Source of the DNA: Nitrospirota bacterium
Lineage (GTDB): Bacteria; Nitrospirota; UBA9217
Direction of reading: 5' to 3'
Length of the DNA stretch: 64,000 bases
Assembly: GCA_963790205.1 (NCBI GenBank)
Contig: CAWBNQ010000005.1
Coordinates: 149,056-213,055, forward strand
Shown here piece after piece: positions 1-9,886 of the stretch. The notes under the pieces are model-generated. The model made no database searches. It had not been told where the DNA came from and saw only the letters and a list, made by a program, of their open reading frames with translations. Position 1 is the stretch's first letter. Each line of letters opens with the position of its first letter. The position numbers were made by a program, and so were the translations under genes.

Positions 1-172
1 TGTACCTGATGACAGGTGAATTGTCAACTATTTTGTTGAGACAAGGTTTACAATCAGTTTCCATTGTAACACAGTCTTCGGAAGACAAGGGATGCTGAGA
101 CATGGCGCCTTCCAGGGGCCATGTCAATACTTCCCCGGGAAGAAATGGCGGGAAAAGGGGCAGACAAGACAA

Positions 173-1291
173 TCAATCGAATATCTTATCGCAGGAATCG
201 GCAAACGCGGAGTTTACCGCATTCAGTTCGCTCTTGATTTTTCGGATCTCGCGACACTGGCTTCTCAGATGCGAGTCGATGTTCTCGCGGGTCACATGAA
301 AACCGAAATCAGGAGGCACGGCGACCTTCGGCGCTCCCAGCATGGTTTTCAGCATCATGTCGCCTACCAGAAGGCGGAAATGGGACGATTCATAGTAGTA
401 ATAGTTATTCGTCGTTATGGAATTCAAACCGCTGAAATCATAATACTCGGTGATTGCGGCAAGCTTCTTTTTAAAAGACGCGAACTGGCTCAAATTGGTA
501 TCGAGGTAGGTGGTTTTATGAATCGGGTTGATGAAGACGGTGAGGTTGATGCCCTTCCTCTTCGCAAGATCGACGATCTCCTTCATTGCCGCAAGGGCAT
601 TCGCGCTATTGTCTCCCACGCGATGGAACGGCTCTAAAAATCTCTTATCGTGAATATGCGCCTGCACATCGCGCTCGATCTCCTTATCAACGGCGGGAAT
701 GAGAATCCTTCCGGTGCCGTACATGTCAAAAAAGATGCGGTGTTCCTCCGGACTATTGCGTTTCGTGTAATTATGCCTGATATAATCCTCGAGTTCCGGA
801 ATGAATTTATCGAGTCTGAAAAAATATTCACCGTAAAAATTCAGGAGCTTCTTGCCGGAAACACCCGGATAAGGCTGGACCAGGAGGCTGGAGAGGTGCT
901 GCTTGGGGTCGATGACGCCGGAAAATTCGTCAAGGCCTATCATGAGGTTCTTCATCGACACGCCGTTCTTCAACAGGAACCTGATGTTCGCGAGATGTTC
1001 TTCCGGTACGCCTTCCGCGTAGAACATATTGTAATAGCGGCCGTTGGTTATCTTTTCTTCATTTATGTAAGAGACCCGTGACGACCCGAAAATAAACGAG
1101 TCGAATTTATTTTTATTCTCAAGCAGGTATTTGATTTTAACGTAGTTCATGTTTGGCGGCATGACCTGGCGGGAAAAATTCGTCCGGAATATGCCGTAGG
1201 TATCCACAACGACGTTGACCGACACTACCGCGCCCACGATGATTACAATCGACAGAAAAACCGATATTGTCCATTTCTTAGGGATGCTCAT
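173..1291 (-). CDS. DltD/AlgJ-like periplasmic O-acyltransferase accessory protein (SGNH-like), membrane anchored
   Basis: 372-aa ORF with an N-terminal TM helix. It lies immediately downstream of an MBOAT gene, the usual AlgI/AlgJ or DltB/DltD pairing. No sequence motif was checked beyond that. Confidence 0.5.
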   Translation of the reverse strand: MSIPKKWTISVFLSIVIIVGAVVSVNVVVDTYGIFRTNFSRQVMPPNMNYVKIKYLLENKNKFDSFIFGSSRVSYINEEKITNGRYYNMFYAEGVPEEHLANIRFLLKNGVSMKNLMIGLDEFSGVIDPKQHLSSLLVQPYPGVSGKKLLNFYGEYFFRLDKFIPELEDYIRHNYTKRNSPEEHRIFFDMYGTGRILIPAVDKEIERDVQAHIHDKRFLEPFHRVGDNSANALAAMKEIVDLAKRKGINLTVFINPIHKTTYLDTNLSQFASFKKKLAAITEYYDFSGLNSITTNNYYYYESSHFRLLVGDMMLKTMLGAPKVAVPPDFGFHVTRENIDSHLRSQCREIRKIKSELNAVNSAFADSCDKIFD

Positions 1292-1376
1292 GTGTTCCTC
1301 GTAAAAGCCTCCCGGGCAGCTTGGAAAAAAGTACTGCGCAACAAGGCTTTTCCCTTATAATATAAACAGTCGCTCG

Positions 1377-2819
1377 CTAGAAGTTAAAGTAGAGAAACTC
1401 CGTCACGCGATTCATGCCGAGCAGCGTGTAGACCGCCAGGAATACGACGAATGCCGCGCTCTTCCAGTCCGGCTTGAACGTCTGTGACATTTCGTTCGAG
1501 TTCCTCGCGAAAACCGCGATCGCCGAAACCAGCGCGAGTATAATAAAAATGTTCTTATGAATATTCGCGTGTACCATGGAGCCGAAGGTGACGCCGAAGT
1601 TCCACAAGAGAGGTGAAAGCGAGACGCCGTTCAGTCCGCACATCCCCTTTAACACCCGCAGCGCGTCCCCCCACGTTTTCGCGCGGAAAAAGACCCATGC
1701 AACATTCACAAAGTTGATCGTAATAAACCAGGCGAAAAAGCGGGGCAAACGCATCCCCCATTTGTCCCAGAAACGGTGAACCACGGTCGCGGCGCCGTGA
1801 AGGAACCCCCAGAAGACGAACGTCCATCCCGCGCCGTGCCAAAGTCCTCCGACGAGAAAGGTCGCCATCAGGTTCACATAGGTCCTGAAGCTCCCCTTTC
1901 TGTTTCCGCCGAGAGGGATATAGATGTAATCCCGCAAAAAACGGCTGAGCGTCATGTGCCAGCGCCGCCAGAAATCCGTGATGTCCGCCGCCTTATAGGG
2001 GGAATTAAAATTGAACGGAAGCCGTATATTGAACAACAGTGAAGCGGCCAGGGCCATGTCGGTATAGGCGGAAAAATCGAAATAGAGCTGTAAGGTATAG
2101 GACAGGCTCGTGACCCATGCGTCCGCCAGGCTCAGGTTCGCTGACGCGCCGAAGCCGGCATTCGCCACCCGCGAAAGCGAATCGGCGATAATTGCTTTTT
2201 TGAACAGCCCGATAAAGAAAAGGAACAAGGCAACCGACCAGTTCCTGTAATTCGTCACCTTGTTTCGCATGCTGGCGAACTGAGGCATCATTTCCTTGTG
2301 GTGGATGATCGGACCTGCCAGCAAATGGGGGAAAAAAGTGACGAAAAGCGCATAATTGAGAAAATCGTATTCCTTCGCGGTGCCGGCATACGTATCGACG
2401 AGGTAGGCAATCTGGGTGAACGTAAAAAAGCTGATTCCCAGCGGCAGGATGATTTTCTGAAACGCAAGATGAAGCCCGGTGAGCGAATTGATATTGCCGA
2501 TGAAAAAATCGACATACTTGTAATAGCCCAGCAAAAGGACGTTCACGACGATGCCGGCGAGCAGGACTGTTTTTTTCGTTCGTTCTTCCCCGCCGGACCT
2601 CGTGATTTTCGTGAGGGCGGTTCCGACGCCGAAATTGAAAAGAATGCTGCCGATGATGAGCGCCAGATACCTGACGTCCCACCAGCTGTAGAAAAAAAGG
2701 GAGGCAAATACCAGCCAGACGGTAGCGGCCGTTGTGAGCCGCTGTTTGTTCAAGAAAACGTAAATGACCAGTGTCGCCGGCAAAAAGGCAAAAATAAATT
2801 CAAATGAATTAAAAAGCAC
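1377..2819 (-). CDS. MBOAT-family membrane-bound O-acyltransferase (AlgI/DltB-like)
   Basis: 480-aa polytopic membrane protein with an MBOAT-type conserved His region. It is paired with the DltD/AlgJ-like gene. Confidence 0.85.
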   Translation of the reverse strand: MLFNSFEFIFAFLPATLVIYVFLNKQRLTTAATVWLVFASLFFYSWWDVRYLALIIGSILFNFGVGTALTKITRSGGEERTKKTVLLAGIVVNVLLLGYYKYVDFFIGNINSLTGLHLAFQKIILPLGISFFTFTQIAYLVDTYAGTAKEYDFLNYALFVTFFPHLLAGPIIHHKEMMPQFASMRNKVTNYRNWSVALFLFFIGLFKKAIIADSLSRVANAGFGASANLSLADAWVTSLSYTLQLYFDFSAYTDMALAASLLFNIRLPFNFNSPYKAADITDFWRRWHMTLSRFLRDYIYIPLGGNRKGSFRTYVNLMATFLVGGLWHGAGWTFVFWGFLHGAATVVHRFWDKWGMRLPRFFAWFITINFVNVAWVFFRAKTWGDALRVLKGMCGLNGVSLSPLLWNFGVTFGSMVHANIHKNIFIILALVSAIAVFARNSNEMSQTFKPDWKSAAFVVFLAVYTLLGMNRVTEFLYFNF

Positions 2820-4288
2820 TACAACCCTCGTTTATCGTTCTTCGACTTCTCCTGCTGTTTATGCCCGCCGCCATTTATCTCCGCGATAATGGCCCGTACC
2901 TGCTCTTCCATGAACTGTCGGATGGTCGCGAGCGTGACCTCATTCTTTGCCTCGAAGCGCATGACGAGGACCGGCTGGGTATTCGATGCGCGGATGAGAC
3001 CCCAACCGTCGTTGAATACCGCCCTCACGCCGTCAACCGTAATGACCTCCTTCGGCGGCAGGGGCAGATCGTCCCGCAAAAAAAGCTCTCGCGCCTTCTC
3101 CACGACCCTGAATTTTATGGCATCCGCGCAATCGAACCGGATTTCGGGGGTATTGCAGGTTTTGGGCAGATCCGCGAGCAGCGTGCTGAGGGGCACGGCG
3201 GCCCCGCGTTCGGTCCTCGTTTTTCCGAGGATCTCAACTATTCTGCAGGCCGCGTAGACGGCGTCGTCGTAGCCAAGATATCGGTCGGCGAAAAAAAGAT
3301 GTCCGCTCATCTCCCCTGCCATCGCGGCGTGGACCTCTTTCATCTTGGCCTTGATCAGGGAATGGCCGGTTTTCCACATGACGGCGTTCCCTCCACGGCT
3401 GCGGATGTCGTCGTACATGGTCTGCGAGCACTTGACCTCTGACACGAAGGTCGCCCCCGGCCGTTCACGAAGAATGTCCCGGGAAAAAATGACCATGAGT
3501 TGGTCTCCCCAGAGGATATTTCCCCGTTCATCAACAACGCCGATCCGGTCCGAGTCCCCGTCGAACGAGATGCCGATATCGGCCCTCGTTTTTGCGACCG
3601 TTTCGATCAAAGCCTCCAGATTTTTCGGGATGGTCGGGTCCGGATGATGGTTCGGGAACCTTCCGTCAGGCTCGGAAAAAAGCTCGATGACCTCGCACCC
3701 CATGCCCCGTATGAGCTCGGGCGCGGCCAGGCCCGCGGTCCCGTTTCCCGAGTCGAGAACGACCTTCAGAGGCGCGTGAGATACGACGCTGAATTGCTTT
3801 TTTAGATACTCGATGTAGTCCGGAAGGATGGAACGGTTTACGACCGTCCCCCTTCCCGCGCCTGAGGGCCTGTCAGGGGCTCCATCTGATTTTTCCATGA
3901 TCTTTCGAAGGTTCTGAATTTCCTCGCCGTAGATCGTATCCTTGCCGACACAGAGCTTAAAGCCGTTGAACTCGGCGGGATTGTGGCTCCCCGTGATCAT
4001 CACCCCGGCGCCCGGATTCAGATGAAAGAGCGAGAAGTAGAGCACCGGCGTGGGACAGAGGCCGATGACCGTACTATTCATGCCGGCGGAGGAAAGTCCC
4101 CGCACGATATCGTCGCACAGGCGCGGCGAACTCATCCGCGCATCGTAGCCTACCGCGACCGTGTTAATGCCTTTTGGTTTTACATAGGCGGCGAACGCAC
4201 GGCCCAAGGCTTCGATGACCGGAGAGGTAAGGTCGCGGTCAGCTATGCCGCGGATGTCATATTCTCTGAATATCTCAGCGTTTATCAT
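2819..4288 (-). CDS. manB: Phosphomannomutase/phosphoglucomutase
   Basis: The TGSHNP active-site loop and a GYDAR-like segment typical of alpha-D-phosphohexomutases. It sits next to the GDP-mannose pyrophosphorylase gene. Confidence 0.9.
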   Translation of the reverse strand: MINAEIFREYDIRGIADRDLTSPVIEALGRAFAAYVKPKGINTVAVGYDARMSSPRLCDDIVRGLSSAGMNSTVIGLCPTPVLYFSLFHLNPGAGVMITGSHNPAEFNGFKLCVGKDTIYGEEIQNLRKIMEKSDGAPDRPSGAGRGTVVNRSILPDYIEYLKKQFSVVSHAPLKVVLDSGNGTAGLAAPELIRGMGCEVIELFSEPDGRFPNHHPDPTIPKNLEALIETVAKTRADIGISFDGDSDRIGVVDERGNILWGDQLMVIFSRDILRERPGATFVSEVKCSQTMYDDIRSRGGNAVMWKTGHSLIKAKMKEVHAAMAGEMSGHLFFADRYLGYDDAVYAACRIVEILGKTRTERGAAVPLSTLLADLPKTCNTPEIRFDCADAIKFRVVEKARELFLRDDLPLPPKEVITVDGVRAVFNDGWGLIRASNTQPVLVMRFEAKNEVTLATIRQFMEEQVRAIIAEINGGGHKQQEKSKNDKRGL

Positions 4289-5754
4289 ACTGTTTTCTTT
4301 GTAAGCGGGGGCAAGGGCTTCCGTTTGTCTTTTTCGTGCCTGTTATAATCATCATCAAAGCGCACGATATCGTCCTCTTCGAGATACTCTCCATTCTGGA
4401 CCTCGATGATCTGGAGCGGGATCCTGCCCCGGTTCTCGAGCCGGTGTTTCGTGGACATGGGGATGTAGGTGCTCTCGTTCGGATGCACATCGTATTCCTT
4501 GTCGCCGTTCGACACCCTTGCCGTGCCGGCCACAACAACCCAGTGTTCGCTCCGGTGATAGTGCAGCTGGTGGGACAGCTTTGCTCCCGGATTGATCTCG
4601 AGGCGCTTGATCTTGTAGCGGTCGCCGTCCTCAAGGATGGTATAGGACCCCCAGGGCCGATAGACGGTGCGGTGGGTCAGATGCTCTTCGGCCTTGCGTT
4701 TCTTAAGCTCGTCGACCACCTTTTTGACGTCCTGCGCCCTGTCCTTGCTGCAAACGAGCGTAGCGTCCGGGGTATCGACAACCACCGCGTCTTTGAGGCC
4801 GATGGTCGCCACCAGGCGCTTCTCCGCATAAACGATGGAATCCCGGCTGCCGATATCGATGACGTTTCCGATGATGACGTTGCCCGACGCATCCCTTTCG
4901 GAGACGTCGTCGAGCGCGGTCCAGCTTCCGACGTCCGACCATCCGATGTCGGCCGGGATGACCGCCGCCCGGTCGGTCTTTTCCATCACCGCGTAATCGA
5001 TGGAGATCGGGTCGAACTGTTTAAATACCGCCTTGATGACATCGGCCTCTTTGTCGGTGCCGATGCTCTTCCGGATCTCGCCGAGGCCTTTGTGCAGGGA
5101 CGGCTGGTATTTTTTTATCTCGGCGAGGAGCGTTCCGGTCTTCCAGATGAAGATCCCGCTGTTCCAGTAATAATTCCCCTTCTTCAGGTACTCTTTCGCA
5201 GTGTCAATATCCGGTTTTTCAACAAATGCTTCGACTTTGTTTACGCCGTCGATGCCGGCCTCGGGACATTGTTCGCCGGACTTGATATACCCGTAACCCG
5301 TTTCAGGACGAGAGGGCTTGATCCCGAGCGTGACGAGATAGCCGTGACGGGCCGCTTCAACGGCCTTGCGGATCAGATTCAAAAATTCGTCGGTGTTCCG
5401 GATAAAATGGTCCGCGGCCAGCACCACCATGACGCTTTCGGGGTCAACTCGCTCCAGATGGAGCGCGGCCAGGCCCAGGGCCGGCGCCGTGTTTTTGGCC
5501 TCCGGTTCCAGAATAAAGTTATCGTCCCAGGAATTGCCGAACTTGGACGAGAGCTGGTAGTTGATCGATTCAGCGAGCGCCTGGTTGGTGACGATAAAAA
5601 TGTCCCTGGTCCGCACGAGGGGCAGCACGCGGCCGACCGTCTCCCGTATGAGAGTGTCTTCACCGCCGATCTTCAGGAGCTGCTTCGGCATTTTTTCCCG
5701 GGACAGGGGCCAGAAACGCGTACCCGACCCGCCTGCCATGATGACTGCGTACAT
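4285..5754 (-). CDS. manC: Bifunctional mannose-1-phosphate guanylyltransferase / mannose-6-phosphate isomerase
   Basis: N-terminal MYAVIMAGGSGTRFWPLSR nucleotidyltransferase motif and a C-terminal cupin (type II PMI) domain. It overlaps the manB start by 4 nt. Confidence 0.9.
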   Translation of the reverse strand: MYAVIMAGGSGTRFWPLSREKMPKQLLKIGGEDTLIRETVGRVLPLVRTRDIFIVTNQALAESINYQLSSKFGNSWDDNFILEPEAKNTAPALGLAALHLERVDPESVMVVLAADHFIRNTDEFLNLIRKAVEAARHGYLVTLGIKPSRPETGYGYIKSGEQCPEAGIDGVNKVEAFVEKPDIDTAKEYLKKGNYYWNSGIFIWKTGTLLAEIKKYQPSLHKGLGEIRKSIGTDKEADVIKAVFKQFDPISIDYAVMEKTDRAAVIPADIGWSDVGSWTALDDVSERDASGNVIIGNVIDIGSRDSIVYAEKRLVATIGLKDAVVVDTPDATLVCSKDRAQDVKKVVDELKKRKAEEHLTHRTVYRPWGSYTILEDGDRYKIKRLEINPGAKLSHQLHYHRSEHWVVVAGTARVSNGDKEYDVHPNESTYIPMSTKHRLENRGRIPLQIIEVQNGEYLEEDDIVRFDDDYNRHEKDKRKPLPPLTKKTV

Positions 5755-5796
5755 AAGTATGTCCTCCGGACAAGTTATTTGTTCACGAGCTCCGCA

Positions 5797-6921
5797 TCAC
5801 GGATGCAGCAACCGGCCGGCTGCCGCGAAAACCTCTTCCACGGTAATAGCAGTCATGCACGTGGGGTCTTCACAGCTGCTTTCGAATCCAAGGCTGAGAC
5901 ACGGCGAGCAGCTCGTGCCGCCGTACAGGTGTATCGCATTGTGATTTAAAGGCCCCCATCGTTTCGGAGATGTCGGGCCGTGTAAAGCGATCAAATTACA
6001 GCCTAATGCCGAAGCCAGATGCATGATACCCGTATCGACGCTGATCGTCAGTTGAGAAGAGGACAACAGCTCCGCGACCTTCCGCAAGGTCAGCGACCCG
6101 GCGACAACGGAGACCCGGCCGGGATCAGGCACCCGGGCTTTTATGGCTTCTGCCCTCTCCCTGTCGGAAGCGGCGCCGGTGAGAAAAACAGTATATCCTT
6201 TATCAGCGAACAGGGCGATCAATTCGACCCACCGGGACTCTTCCCATTCCTTCAAATACGACCGCGAACCGCCGGGAAACAGGTGAATGACGATTTGTTT
6301 CTTCTGTATCGTGCCTGCCTCGATGTTCAGGGCCGGTAAACCCGCGGCATCGGATATCCCGATCCCCTTCAGCAACGCCCGGTAATTATCAATTTCATGC
6401 TTTAAAGGAGAGTGTTGTATCGTCACATCGTACAAATAATGGCGATACTGTTTCTCCGTCTGGAACCCGACGGTGGTCCTTGATCTGGAAAAGTATGATA
6501 AGACCGCATTGAACCTCGGCCAGGGCCCGAAATCGATCCAGACGTCGAAGGTCCCCGAGCGTCTGATCAGTTTGAGGGCCTTCAGCGGGCTCTTTATCGG
6601 GAGTTTAATGATCCTATCGATCCCCGGAATGAGGCCGGCAGCTTCATAATTGGATGAACCGGTAAAGAAGGTTATACGGGCATGAGGATACCTTTTTTTA
6701 AAGTCCCTCACAATCGCCGACGATAGGACGGTATCGCCGATGGCGGCTGTTTGTAAAAAAGCCGCCCTCCTCACGTCGCGATCAAGAAGCTGTCCCCGTT
6801 TGCGCCTGAGCAGGCCCAGGCCGAACGTCAGGGGAATCCCGACAGCGCGATCGACAAATCTCAGCGCGCGATTTCCCCGTTCCGGATGGCGTTCGCCGGT
6901 TTTACTCTTAGTTGCCGACAT
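5797..6921 (-). CDS. Glycosyltransferase family 9 (ADP-heptose:LPS heptosyltransferase-like)
   Basis: GT9 C-terminal signature (FLTGAASDRE, SVDTGIMHLASALG, HGPTSP). The track ORF extends to 7050. I place the start at the internal Met, MSATKS, which overlaps the upstream gene stop by 14 nt. The start remains uncertain because it leaves a long N-terminal extension. Confidence 0.75.
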   Translation of the reverse strand: MSATKSKTGERHPERGNRALRFVDRAVGIPLTFGLGLLRRKRGQLLDRDVRRAAFLQTAAIGDTVLSSAIVRDFKKRYPHARITFFTGSSNYEAAGLIPGIDRIIKLPIKSPLKALKLIRRSGTFDVWIDFGPWPRFNAVLSYFSRSRTTVGFQTEKQYRHYLYDVTIQHSPLKHEIDNYRALLKGIGISDAAGLPALNIEAGTIQKKQIVIHLFPGGSRSYLKEWEESRWVELIALFADKGYTVFLTGAASDRERAEAIKARVPDPGRVSVVAGSLTLRKVAELLSSSQLTISVDTGIMHLASALGCNLIALHGPTSPKRWGPLNHNAIHLYGGTSCSPCLSLGFESSCEDPTCMTAITVEEVFAAAGRLLHP

Positions 6922-7708
6922 AAAAATTCGTTTCGAGCTTTTCCTTTGCCGGGAACTCCAAAAACTCGTTCTTATATGCCCGTTGTTTTTCGAACATGAA
7001 AAATATTCCCCATGCCATGTTCGGAAACAGTCTGGCCAGCGGTCTGGCAACGACCGGAGGAAAGGGATAAAAATTGCTGCCGCCGAATTCCTTGAGCTTA
7101 TACCCTCCGGGAAAACAGCTTTCCAGAAAATTTACGAGGTCCCTCTTCGTATATCCGCGGATGTGAGCTGAATTGTTTTTCAGCGGACTGGGCTGCCTGC
7201 CGAAGGCCAGTAATATCCTGTTGTGGAGTGAGGCCAGATTGGGGACGCCGAGGATCACTTTCCCGCCGAGCGGCAATACTCTCGAAATTTCATGGAAGAT
7301 CCAGAAGAGCTCCTTGACATGCTCGAGGATCTGGTTGGCAATGACGACATCGACGGACCCGTCCTGAAAAGGAAGCCGGTCTTTTTCTATATTCAGGCTG
7401 TGCACGCGGATCCCCTTTTCAGCCAGTTTTGCCGCATAGGCCGGATATACTTCAACGGCATGCACATCGGCCCCGCTATTGATGCTCAGGGCCAGCATGA
7501 GGTCGTCGCCCTGCCCGGCCCCCATATCTATTACCGTCCCATAGTGACCGGCGGACAACAAGAATCGCCTGATCTGATGTCTCCCGTAGTTGAGCGACCG
7601 GTCGATTACGGTCCATTTTTTTTCCTCCGCCCCTCCGGCTTCCGTCCCGGTCAGCGGCAAAGCTCCTTTTTCTTTTCCAGCAACGAGCATAAGAGGACGT
7701 CCCTTCAA
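6908..7708 (-). CDS. Class I SAM-dependent methyltransferase
   Basis: Methyltransf_11-like motifs (VIDMGAGQG, DVVIANQILEHV, LPLGGKVIL). Confidence 0.8.
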   Translation of the reverse strand: MKGRPLMLVAGKEKGALPLTGTEAGGAEEKKWTVIDRSLNYGRHQIRRFLLSAGHYGTVIDMGAGQGDDLMLALSINSGADVHAVEVYPAYAAKLAEKGIRVHSLNIEKDRLPFQDGSVDVVIANQILEHVKELFWIFHEISRVLPLGGKVILGVPNLASLHNRILLAFGRQPSPLKNNSAHIRGYTKRDLVNFLESCFPGGYKLKEFGGSNFYPFPPVVARPLARLFPNMAWGIFFMFEKQRAYKNEFLEFPAKEKLETNFYVGN

Positions 7709-7791
7709 TCTCTAACGGGGTAAAGGCCGGACCATTATATCTCTCGCGGACCCCGGGTTCAACATAAAAAGTTCGGTCCGGAACGTATTTC

Positions 7792-8796
7792 CTACCCGAG
7801 AAGTTTCTCATACAACGCTACATGCTTTTGCGCAATCGTATCCCAGTTGAACTGGCTCGCATAGGAGCGTCCGTTATCGGACAGTCGTTTCCTCAGGTCA
7901 TTGTCTGCCCGTATTTTTTCAACGAGCCGGAGCGCCTCTTCCGGGCCATGGGAGAACAATACCGCCTGTTCCAGGGAAGGAGGCGTATGGGCTCCGCGCG
8001 TGGTAATAGTGGCCACGCCGTTCGCCAGCAACGCCAATAATGACGTTCTGCGTCCGGAAGCGCCGTCGGGAAAAGGCATATAGGCGATCGATGAGTGGGC
8101 GAGCAAATCAGCGGCAACATCGTCAGCCAGGTCAATATCCCATTTTATCGGCAAATCTTCGGAGCGCCGGTAGAATTCCTTAAAATAGGGCGAGTCCTTC
8201 GGGTAGGGCTTGCCGATCATGCGGACCTGAAGTTTCAAGTTCATGTGCTTGACGAGAGAGGCGAGGGTAAAGACATCTTCCAGGCCTTTCTGCGGACGGA
8301 ACAGGCCGAAATAAATAATTTCGTTTACATTTCTCTCCTGCCCCTGTTGCGCCGTACTGATGCTGCTCCCGACCGGGATGACGCTGCAGCGCCGGGATAT
8401 CCAGGGCGCCCGTTTGACGGAAAAGAGTTGTTCGTAGGGAGTCGTAAAAACGATATGTCTCGACCTCAGGAAAAAAGGATAGAGAGACAGTTTTCGTAAA
8501 ATATGGGCCTCGCTCGCTTCATGCACCGTAATGACGCTCGGGATAAGAAGACTCAACAGCTGCGGCGTCAGTTTCTTGCCGAACCCGACCGTCGGATATT
8601 GTATGTGCACGATATCCGGGTTGACGGACCGTATTGTTCTGACGATGTTCCCGATATTGCTCAGGCGCCAATTCATGCGGCAAATTACCTCTACTGTGAC
8701 GCCCTTTTGGCGCAGCGCAATCGCAAGCTGGGACGTGTAATCGCCGATCCCGCACGTGTCAGGCGGATATGATCCGGTTATTAAGGCAATTTTCAT
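7792..8796 (-). CDS. Glycosyltransferase family 4 (GT-B)
   Basis: N-terminal KIALITGSYPP motif and a C-terminal GT1/GT4 nucleotide-sugar binding region. Confidence 0.8.
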   Translation of the reverse strand: MKIALITGSYPPDTCGIGDYTSQLAIALRQKGVTVEVICRMNWRLSNIGNIVRTIRSVNPDIVHIQYPTVGFGKKLTPQLLSLLIPSVITVHEASEAHILRKLSLYPFFLRSRHIVFTTPYEQLFSVKRAPWISRRCSVIPVGSSISTAQQGQERNVNEIIYFGLFRPQKGLEDVFTLASLVKHMNLKLQVRMIGKPYPKDSPYFKEFYRRSEDLPIKWDIDLADDVAADLLAHSSIAYMPFPDGASGRRTSLLALLANGVATITTRGAHTPPSLEQAVLFSHGPEEALRLVEKIRADNDLRKRLSDNGRSYASQFNWDTIAQKHVALYEKLLG

Positions 8797-8866
8797 GCAT
8801 CACTCTTCAATTGTAAAAAAGGTTGTTTCAGAACGTCTTGAACGCCATCACAAAATAACCGCAATC

Positions 8867-9718
8867 CTAGCGATATTTGAGCGACCTCGCCTGGTTCCTT
8901 ATTCTCGAGGGCAATATTTTTTTTACCGCTATTTTCAGATACGTAAAAAAAATCATCCACCGGTAATAGATGTTTACTTTCAGCGTGTTGTGGTACTGTA
9001 CAACAGCGCGCCGCGTTTCTTTCCATGCGAGAACGATGTTCGTATCTGATAATCCCCCGGCGGAGACCGAAGATACGACGAGATCGATATTGCTGAACTT
9101 GAATTTATTCTGATAACACGAAAAGATAAAGGCGAAATCCGCGCCGACTTTATAATCAAGGCTGAAAGGGAGTTTCTTGCAAACCGATGCCCTGGTAAAA
9201 AGGCTCTGATGCCTGAAGATCATCCCCTTCCACAAGTCCGCAGTTGTTTTTGCTTTCCATATGAGGGAAAAATCAGGACCATATTCCATCTGACAGTGGC
9301 CGTATATCAGATCCGCCGTACCGCAGTCGCTGCTCATTACCCGCTGTACGGTATCCATTTGATAAAATCGATCGCCGGCATTCATGAAATTGATCCAATC
9401 TCCGCTCGATAAAGAGATGCCTTTGTTCATTGCATCATAAATGCCTTTATCGGGTTCACTCAGCCAGTACGCGATCTTATCGTCAAATCTTTTTATGATG
9501 TCGAGCGTGCCATCCGTCGAACCGCCGTCGATGACGATATATTCGATGTTGTCATAGGTCTGCCCAAGCACGCTCAGGATGGTATGTTCCAGATGCTGGA
9601 CCCCGTTATACACAACCGTAATAACCGTGACCAGGGGCCTCCCGGGTTTCGATTTTTTGTAAAACCCGCCGCGGGTACGGAGCCCGCCGTCAATACGGTT
9701 CATATGTTTTAAGACCAT
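8867..9718 (-). CDS. Glycosyltransferase family 2
   Basis: VITVVYNGVQHLEHTILSVLGQTY followed by an IVIDGGSTDGT motif typical of GT2. Confidence 0.85.
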   Translation of the reverse strand: MVLKHMNRIDGGLRTRGGFYKKSKPGRPLVTVITVVYNGVQHLEHTILSVLGQTYDNIEYIVIDGGSTDGTLDIIKRFDDKIAYWLSEPDKGIYDAMNKGISLSSGDWINFMNAGDRFYQMDTVQRVMSSDCGTADLIYGHCQMEYGPDFSLIWKAKTTADLWKGMIFRHQSLFTRASVCKKLPFSLDYKVGADFAFIFSCYQNKFKFSNIDLVVSSVSAGGLSDTNIVLAWKETRRAVVQYHNTLKVNIYYRWMIFFTYLKIAVKKILPSRIRNQARSLKYR

Positions 9719-9886
9719 GATTGATTACCGACCTCTGTTTTCCGGTTATCTTCTTTTCCAGGCGCTCTGCATCCCCGTCAGGTCAGATCTGACGAAAAGA
9801 ATTTTAGTATTTCAACACCAAACGCTCACATTATTTGCCGCGCTTTTCCAGGAAAAAACTGATTATAAAAACATAGATGCCAGCAG

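Noticed and set aside
92-1081. Plus-strand ORFs 92..637 and 650..1081
   Set aside because: They overlap the minus-strand DltD/AlgJ-like gene in antisense and have no recognisable motifs. They are likely spurious.
1-2819. Interpreting the MBOAT + AlgJ-like pair as an alginate (algI/algJ) operon
   Set aside because: No alg8, alg44, algG, algK or algE genes are present. MBOAT/DltD-like pairs are widespread for O-acetylating other polysaccharides, so the call is kept generic.
4336-5949. Very long plus-strand ORF (537 aa) spanning the manC region
   Set aside because: It is antisense to a gene with unambiguous ManC homology. Long spurious antisense ORFs are expected in high-GC DNA, and I saw no family signature in the translation.
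5797-7050. Using the full 417-aa track ORF for the GT9 gene
   Set aside because: The first 43 residues would overlap the upstream methyltransferase gene by 140 nt. The internal Met at 6921 gives the usual short overlap. The start is still uncertain because of the long non-GT9 N-terminal stretch.
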